DNA of 4,083 nucleotides. Source: a virus. Its lineage: Duplodnaviria; Heunggongvirae; Uroviricota; Caudoviricetes. Shown piece after piece: positions 1 through 4,083 of the stretch (within the stretch, counting starts at the first letter, position 1; each line of letters begins with the position of its first letter). The stretch is from the IMG/VR virus record IMGVR_UViG_2713896781_000018; one strand, 5' to 3'. Position numbers and translations under genes: made by a program. The notes beneath the pieces were generated by a model. The model did no database searches. It saw only the letters and a list, made by a program, of their open reading frames with translations, and was not told where the DNA came from.

Positions 1-396
1 ACGGTGGAGGTGGATGAGGTTCCTGTTTACCGGCAGAAAAAATCAGAGCAGGAGGATAAACCCCGTCGCCGTGAGGTGGCTGCAATACCACAGCCGGACG
101 AAAAAAATCCGGAGATGCCTCCGCCCGCGGTGATATCTCATGGTATTGAATATATGGAGGATGGTCTTCCCGATCCGGTGAAAGCTATGGGGCAGATCCT
201 GGTGGAAAACCTGATAATTGACCCGAAACTGGCACTGGATGCGGCCTGGCGACTGGCGCAGTTCACACACCATAAAAAAGGCGATGCCGGTAAAAAATCG
301 GCAAAAGGTGATGCCGCGAAAAAAGCGGCTAACCGTTTTGCGGTGCCACCACCTCCCCGACTGGTGGTGAATAACCAGAATGAGGAAAGCGGATGA
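1..396 (+). CDS. Putative phage terminase small subunit, probably 5'-partial (frame open from base 1; first in-window start is GTG at 4)
   Basis: ORF in frame 1 ending at TGA 394-396, which overlaps the ATG (393-395) of the downstream terminase large subunit gene (ATGA coupling). Position directly upstream of terL is typical for terS. C-terminus is lysine-rich and basic (KKGDAGKKSAKGDAAKKAANRF) followed by PPPP. No HTH or other diagnostic motif recognised by eye, so the functional call rests mainly on synteny. Confidence 0.4.
   Translation, partial: TVEVDEVPVYRQKKSEQEDKPRRREVAAIPQPDEKNPEMPPPAVISHGIEYMEDGLPDPVKAMGQILVENLIIDPKLALDAAWRLAQFTHHKKGDAGKKSAKGDAAKKAANRFAVPPPPRLVVNNQNEESG
382..386 (+). 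promoter_or_regulatory. Shine-Dalgarno-like GAGGA upstream of the terminase large subunit start
   Basis: GAGGA at 382-386, 6 nt upstream of ATG 393; lies inside the 3' end of the upstream ORF, consistent with translational coupling. Confidence 0.4.
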
Positions 397-2494
397 TACC
401 TGTATGGAGCACGGCATGTCCGGACTGGGCAGAGCGCCTGAAAAAGGGGCTGTCGATTATTCCGGCTCCGATTTATCCGGACCAGGCTGCACATGCACTG
501 GCGATTTTTAAACAACTGCGGATTGTGGATGCACCGGGTAGCCCGACATTCGGGGAGTCCTGTGCACCGTGGGTGTTTGACCTGGTGGCGGCCCTGTTTG
601 GCTCCTACGATGCGCAGACCGGTGTTCGCCATATCAAGGAAGTGTTTATCCTTATCCCCAAGAAAAACAGTAAGTCCACGCTGGCCGCGGGGATCATGAT
701 GACGGCGCTGTTACTGAACTGGCGGCAGGCGGCGGGCTACACCATTCTGGCCCCGACCGTGGAGGTGGCGGCTAACGCCTTCAACCCTGCCAGGGATATG
801 GTACGACGGGACGATGATCTGGATGACCTCTGTCAGGTGCAGACACATATCCGGACCATCACCCATCGGGTGACGGACACCACCCTGAAGGTGGTGGCAG
901 CCGATCCGAATACGGTGTCCGGTATCAAGNNNNNNNNNNNNNNNNNNNNNNNNNNNNNNNNNNNNNNNNNNNNNNNNNNTTTATCCTTATCCCCAAGAAA
1001 AACTCGAAGTCCACGCTGGCCGCGGGGATCATGATGACTGCACTGTTACTGAACTGGCGGCAGGCGGCGGGTTACACGATTCTGGCCCCGACTGTGGAGG
1101 TGGCGGCCAACGCCTTCAACCCTGCCCGGGATATGGTACGACGTGACGATGATCTGGATGACCTCTGCCAGGTACAGACCCATATCCGGACCATCACCCA
1201 CCGGGTGACGGACACCACCCTGAAGGTGGTGGCAGCCGATCCGAATACGGTGTCCGGTATCAAGNNNNNNNNNNNNNNNNNNNNNNNNNNNNNNNNNNNN
1301 NNNNNNNNNNNNNNGGACACCACCCTGAAGGTGGTGGCAGCCGATCCGAATACGGTGTCCGGTATCAAGTCCGTGGGTACGCTGATTGATGAGTTGTGGC
1401 TGTTTGGCAAGCAGTGCAAGGCGGAGGACATGTTACGTGAAGCCATAGGCGGCCTTGCCTCCCGCCCGGAAGGGTTTGTGGTGTATACGACCACCCAGTC
1501 GAATGAACCGCCCGCCGGGGTGTTCAGACAGAAACTGCAGTACGCCCGGGATGTGCGCGACGGCAAAATTCATGATCCGCACTTTCTGCCGGTGATATTT
1601 GAACACCCTCCTGAAATGGTGGAAAGCGGGGCTAACCTGCTGATGGAAAACCTCGCCATGGTCAATCCGAATCTCGGCTATTCAGTGGATGAGGCCTTTC
1701 TGTACCGGGAGTACCGTAAAGCCCGGGAAGCCGGTGAAGAGACATTCCGGGGGTTCATGTCAAAACACGCCAATGTGGAAATTGGTCTTGCCCTGCGCTC
1801 TGACCGCTGGGCGGGGGCTGATTTCTGGGAAGAGCAGGGCCGTTGTATCAGCCTGGACGATATCCTGCGTCGTGCTGATGTGGTGACGGTGGGGATTGAC
1901 GGCGGGGGCCTGGATGATCTGCTGGGAATGTACGTGACTGGCCGTGACAGGGAAACCCGCGAATGGCTGGGCTGGGGCCATGCCTGGGTGCATGAAACCG
2001 CGGTGGTCAGACGGAAGAGTGAGGCATCCCGGTTTCAGGATTTTGTGGCCTGTGGAGACATGACGATTGTCCGTCGGGTCGGGGATGACACGGCGGAAGT
2101 GGCGGAGTATGTGCGTCGTATTCATGAGGCTGAGTTACTGGATCATATCGGTATTGACCCGTCAGGTGTGGGGCAGATTCTGGATTCACTGGCGGAAGCC
2201 GGGATCCCCGATGAGAGTGTGGTGGGGATAAGCCAGGGCTGGAAACTGGGCGGGGCCATCAAAACCACCGAGCGCAAACTGGCTGAGGGAGTGCTGGTGC
2301 ATGGTGGTCAGCCACTGATGGCCTGGTGCGTTGGCAATGCCCGGGTGGAGCCTAAAGGTAACGCCATTCTTATCACCAAACAGGCCAGCGGACGGGGAAA
2401 AATTGACCCTCTGATGGCGCTCTTCAATGCGGTGTCCCTGATGTCCCTGAATCCGGAACCGAAAAAGAAAGCGTATGAGGTTTTTTTCATATAA
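393..2494 (+). CDS. terL: Phage terminase large subunit (Terminase_1 / HK97-like family), reading frame artificially broken by two 50-N gaps and a duplicated block
   Basis: Translation has a Walker-A-like stretch ([14 protein letters not shown]) in the N-terminal ATPase part and a [10 protein letters not shown] stretch typical of the start of the terminase nuclease domain; stop TAA at 2492-2494. The ORF track splits it into 393..1034 (frame 0) and 1031..2494 (frame 2) only because each N run is 50 nt (not a multiple of 3). Removing one copy of the 285-bp block and the 55-bp overlap gives about 1662 nt (about 553 aa), a normal terL size. Confidence 0.8.
645..929 (+). repeat. Copy 1 of a 285-bp block inside terL (abuts first N gap)
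   Basis: Same length and register as 980-1264. About 15 nucleotide differences in 13 codons, every one synonymous (e.g. AGT/TCG Ser, AGG/CGG Arg, CAT/CAC His); encoded peptide [12 protein letters not shown]...VSGIK is identical in both copies. Confidence 0.85.
930..979. other. Scaffold gap (50 N)
   Basis: Run of exactly 50 N characters. Confidence 0.95.
980..1264 (+). repeat. Copy 2 of the 285-bp terL block (synonymous-variant allele), between the two N gaps
   Basis: Aligns base-for-base with 645-929 apart from synonymous third-position (and one Ser-codon family) differences. Confidence 0.85.
1265..1314. other. Scaffold gap (50 N)
   Basis: Run of exactly 50 N characters. Confidence 0.95.
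1315..1369 (+). repeat. 55-bp exact repeat of the last 55 bp of both 285-bp blocks (contig-end overlap)
   Basis: GGACACCACCCTGAAGGTGGTGGCAGCCGATCCGAATACGGTGTCCGGTATCAAG occurs at 875-929, 1210-1264 and 1315-1369; the third copy runs straight into unique terL sequence. Confidence 0.85.
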
Positions 2495-2518
2495 CCCTGC
2501 TCACCCTGTAACCATCAT

Positions 2519-2540
2519 GAACCGCTGCGGCGGTTTTTTT
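2519..2540 (+). terminator. Candidate weak intrinsic terminator / attenuator hairpin with T-tract between terL and the protease-capsid ORF
   Basis: ACCGC (2521-2525) can pair with GCGGT (2530-2534) around a 4-nt loop (TGCG), extendable by flanking A-T / G-T pairs, followed directly by a run of seven T (2534-2540). Stem is short, so strength is doubtful. Confidence 0.3.
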
Positions 2541-2546
2541 ATTTTC

Positions 2547-2552
2547 AGGAGG
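2547..2552 (+). promoter_or_regulatory. Shine-Dalgarno AGGAGG for the protease-capsid ORF
   Basis: Perfect AGGAGG at 2547-2552, 5 nt upstream of GTG 2558. The ATG at 2556 is followed immediately by an in-frame TGA, so GTG 2558 is the usable start. Confidence 0.6.
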
Positions 2553-2557
2553 CTGAT

Positions 2558-4083
2558 GTGACTCTTAAACGGGCCTGTTCCCTGCTGACGGTGAAATCCT
2601 TCAGTGAGGATGAACGGGTGATCACCGGGATTGCGTCAACGCCTTCTCCGGATCGGGATGGTGACATCCTGGAGCCGGAGGGGGCGGAGTTTGGCAGTAC
2701 GATCCCGTTTCTCTGGCAGCATGACCATTCCCGCCCTGTAGGCCAGTGTACGGTGCGTCGGGTCAGGGAAGGGCTGGAAATCACGGCAATGCTGGTGAAG
2801 CCGGAGCCGGGGATGCCCTCCCAGATGGCAGCCCGGCTGGATGAGGCCTGGGCTGCCATTAAGACCGGGCTGGTCAGGGGGCTTTCTGTGGGCTTCCGGC
2901 CCCATGAATACACTTATCTGGACGGAGGCGGACTGCATTTTCTGCGCTGGGAGCTGATGGAGGTGTCTGCCGTCACCGTGCCCGCGAATGCGGAATGCAC
3001 CATCCGGACCATTAAATATTTCGACCGCCCGTTTTCTGCCGCGTCCGGCAACCGGAGACCGGTGGTGAAAATCGCATCTTCTGCCGGCGCTTCGGCACAG
3101 TCAATAACCTCTTTTCATAAGGAAAAGTCAGCAATGAATACTGGTGAACAGATTAAAAGTTTTGAAAACAAGCGTGCGGCGCTGGCAGCCTCCCTTGAGG
3201 AGATCATGAACAAAGCCGCAGAGGAAGGCCGCACACTGGATGTGGAAGAGGAAGAGCACTACGACAACACCGCAGCGGAAATCCGTCAGGTGGATGCGCA
3301 CCTGAAGCGTCTGCGTGAACTGGAAGCCGGTAAGGCCGCCACGGCACAGCCGGTGAAACAGGCCGGTAACGGGAATGTGGCCACGGTGGCTTCAGCGCCG
3401 GTGATCCGTGTTGAGCAGAAACTGGAGAAGGGGATTGGTTTCGCCCGCTTTGCCAAATCACTGGCCGCGGCTAAAGGTGTCCGCTCTGAAGCCCTGGAAG
3501 TGGCCCGTCGTCAGTATCCGGATGACAGCCGTCTGCATCATGTCCTGAAATCGGCGGTGGGGGCAGGGACCACCACGGACCCACAGTGGGCAGGCAGCCT
3601 GTCTGAATATCAGGAATATGCGCAGGACTTTATTGATTACCTGCGTCCGCAGACCATTATCGGGCGATTTGGTCAGGGCGGGATCCCTGCACTTCGTCTG
3701 GTGCCGTTCAATATCCGCGAGCATGCCCAGGTGTCCGGTGGTGCTGCCGGCTGGGTGGGGGAGGGTAAGGCCAGACCCCTGACGAAGTTTGATTTTGAGT
3801 CCATCACCTTCAGTCATGCGAAGGTGTCGGCCATTGCGGTACTGACGGAAGAGCTGATCCGCTTTTCCAGTCCGGCAGCTGATGCACTGGTCCGTAATGC
3901 GCTGGCAGAAGCGGTGGTGGCGCGTCTGGACACAGACTTTGTGGACCCGAAAAAAGCTGCAGTGGCAGATGTCTCCCCGGCGTCCATCACCCATGATGTG
4001 AAGGGCACGGCATCAACCGGTAACCCGGATGCGGATGCCGAGGCCGCGTTTGGCCAGTTTGTGACGGCAAATCTGCAGCCCAC
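2558..4083 (+). CDS. Prohead protease / major capsid protein fusion (HK97-family prohead serine protease domain N-terminal, HK97-fold major capsid protein C-terminal); 3'-partial, continues beyond window
   Basis: Translated codon by codon from GTG 2558 to base 4083 in frame 2 with no stop; absent from the ORF track, apparently because it has no stop inside the window. N-terminal ~190 aa (MTLKRACSLLTVKSFSEDERVITGIASTPSPDRDGDILEPEGAEF...LWQHDHSRPVG...GLSVGF...) resembles the HK97 prohead protease family with candidate His and Ser motifs. From the in-frame Met at 3134 (MNTGEQIKSFENKRAALAASLEEIMNKAAEEGRTLDVEEEEHYDNTAAEIRQVDAHLKRLRELEAGKA...) it resembles the charged, helical N-terminal delta/scaffolding region of HK97-type capsid proteins, then a capsid body (...AAGWVGEGKARPLTKFDFESITFSHAKVSAIAVLTEELI...). 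Confidence 0.8.
   Translation, partial: MTLKRACSLLTVKSFSEDERVITGIASTPSPDRDGDILEPEGAEFGSTIPFLWQHDHSRPVGQCTVRRVREGLEITAMLVKPEPGMPSQMAARLDEAWAAIKTGLVRGLSVGFRPHEYTYLDGGGLHFLRWELMEVSAVTVPANAECTIRTIKYFDRPFSAASGNRRPVVKIASSAGASAQSITSFHKEKSAMNTGEQIKSFENKRAALAASLEEIMNKAAEEGRTLDVEEEEHYDNTAAEIRQVDAHLKRLRELEAGKAATAQPVKQAGNGNVATVASAPVIRVEQKLEKGIGFARFAKSLAAAKGVRSEALEVARRQYPDDSRLHHVLKSAVGAGTTTDPQWAGSLSEYQEYAQDFIDYLRPQTIIGRFGQGGIPALRLVPFNIREHAQVSGGAAGWVGEGKARPLTKFDFESITFSHAKVSAIAVLTEELIRFSSPAADALVRNALAEAVVARLDTDFVDPKKAAVADVSPASITHDVKGTASTGNPDADAEAAFGQFVTANLQP
3119..3136 (+). promoter_or_regulatory. Internal Shine-Dalgarno-like AAGGA plus in-frame ATG (3134) at the protease/capsid domain boundary; possible independent start for the capsid protein
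   Basis: CATAAGGAAAAGTCAGCAATG: AAGGA at 3119-3123, 10 nt before ATG 3134, which is in frame with the fusion ORF and begins the capsid-like sequence. An out-of-frame TAA sits at 3118-3120 just before the SD, looking like a standard stop-RBS-start gene junction. Confidence 0.35.

Noticed and set aside
493-699. Plus-strand 68-aa ORF in an alternative frame inside terL
   Set aside because: Fully embedded out of frame in the terL coding sequence; its translation looks like off-frame noise.
645-1369. Repeat-gap-repeat pattern as a CRISPR array or diversity-generating retroelement cassette
   Set aside because: The spacers are N placeholders of exactly 50 nt, not sequence. The repeats are 285 bp of coding sequence, and the differences are synonymous and not adenine-specific, so the pattern fits neither CRISPR nor a template/variable repeat pair.
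1689-1886. Plus-strand 65-aa ORF in an alternative frame inside terL
   Set aside because: Fully embedded out of frame in the terL coding sequence; no independent support.
2556-2558. ATG at 2556 as the start of the protease-capsid ORF
   Set aside because: It is followed immediately by an in-frame TGA (2559-2561); the overlapping GTG at 2558 opens the long ORF and is correctly spaced from AGGAGG.
2492-2560. terL and the protease-capsid ORF share the same reading frame, suggesting stop-codon readthrough
   Set aside because: The shared frame is most likely coincidence. The spacer carries a hairpin with T-tract and a strong independent RBS and start, and a terL-protease-capsid polyprotein is implausible.
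3014-3120. Programmed -1 ribosomal frameshift that would end the protease at the out-of-frame TAA (3118-3120)
   Set aside because: No canonical X XXY YYZ slippery heptamer is present in frame in this stretch, and no obvious downstream pseudoknot-forming sequence; internal initiation or simple fusion is more parsimonious.
43-4083. All minus-strand ORFs in the track (43..417, 138..632, 1072..1566, 1760..2125, 2007..2189, 2308..2490, 2545..2913, 2636..2938, 3204..3461, 3458..3994, 3814..4083)
   Set aside because: Each lies antisense to a well-supported plus-strand phage gene. Their translations are Arg/Cys/His/Pro-rich and low-complexity, typical of antisense frames in GC-rich coding DNA, with no recognisable motifs or credible RBS.

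Overview
This window is a tailed-phage (prophage) head-morphogenesis and packaging module read left to right on the + strand; I see no undescribed system here. It holds a probable terminase small subunit (5' end likely outside the window), a terminase large subunit, and a single long ORF joining an HK97-family prohead protease domain to an HK97-fold major capsid protein, which runs off the 3' end. The terminase large subunit gene is broken by two 50-N scaffold gaps flanking a 285-bp block present in two copies that differ only at synonymous sites, which I read as an assembly artifact from two related co-resident prophage alleles. Points worth a second look are the protease-capsid fusion with a canonical-looking internal start, the absence of a portal gene between terminase and protease, and a small hairpin plus T-tract between the two. 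Minus-strand ORFs in the track are antisense to these genes and are not supported. All family assignments come from reading the translations by eye; no searches were run.
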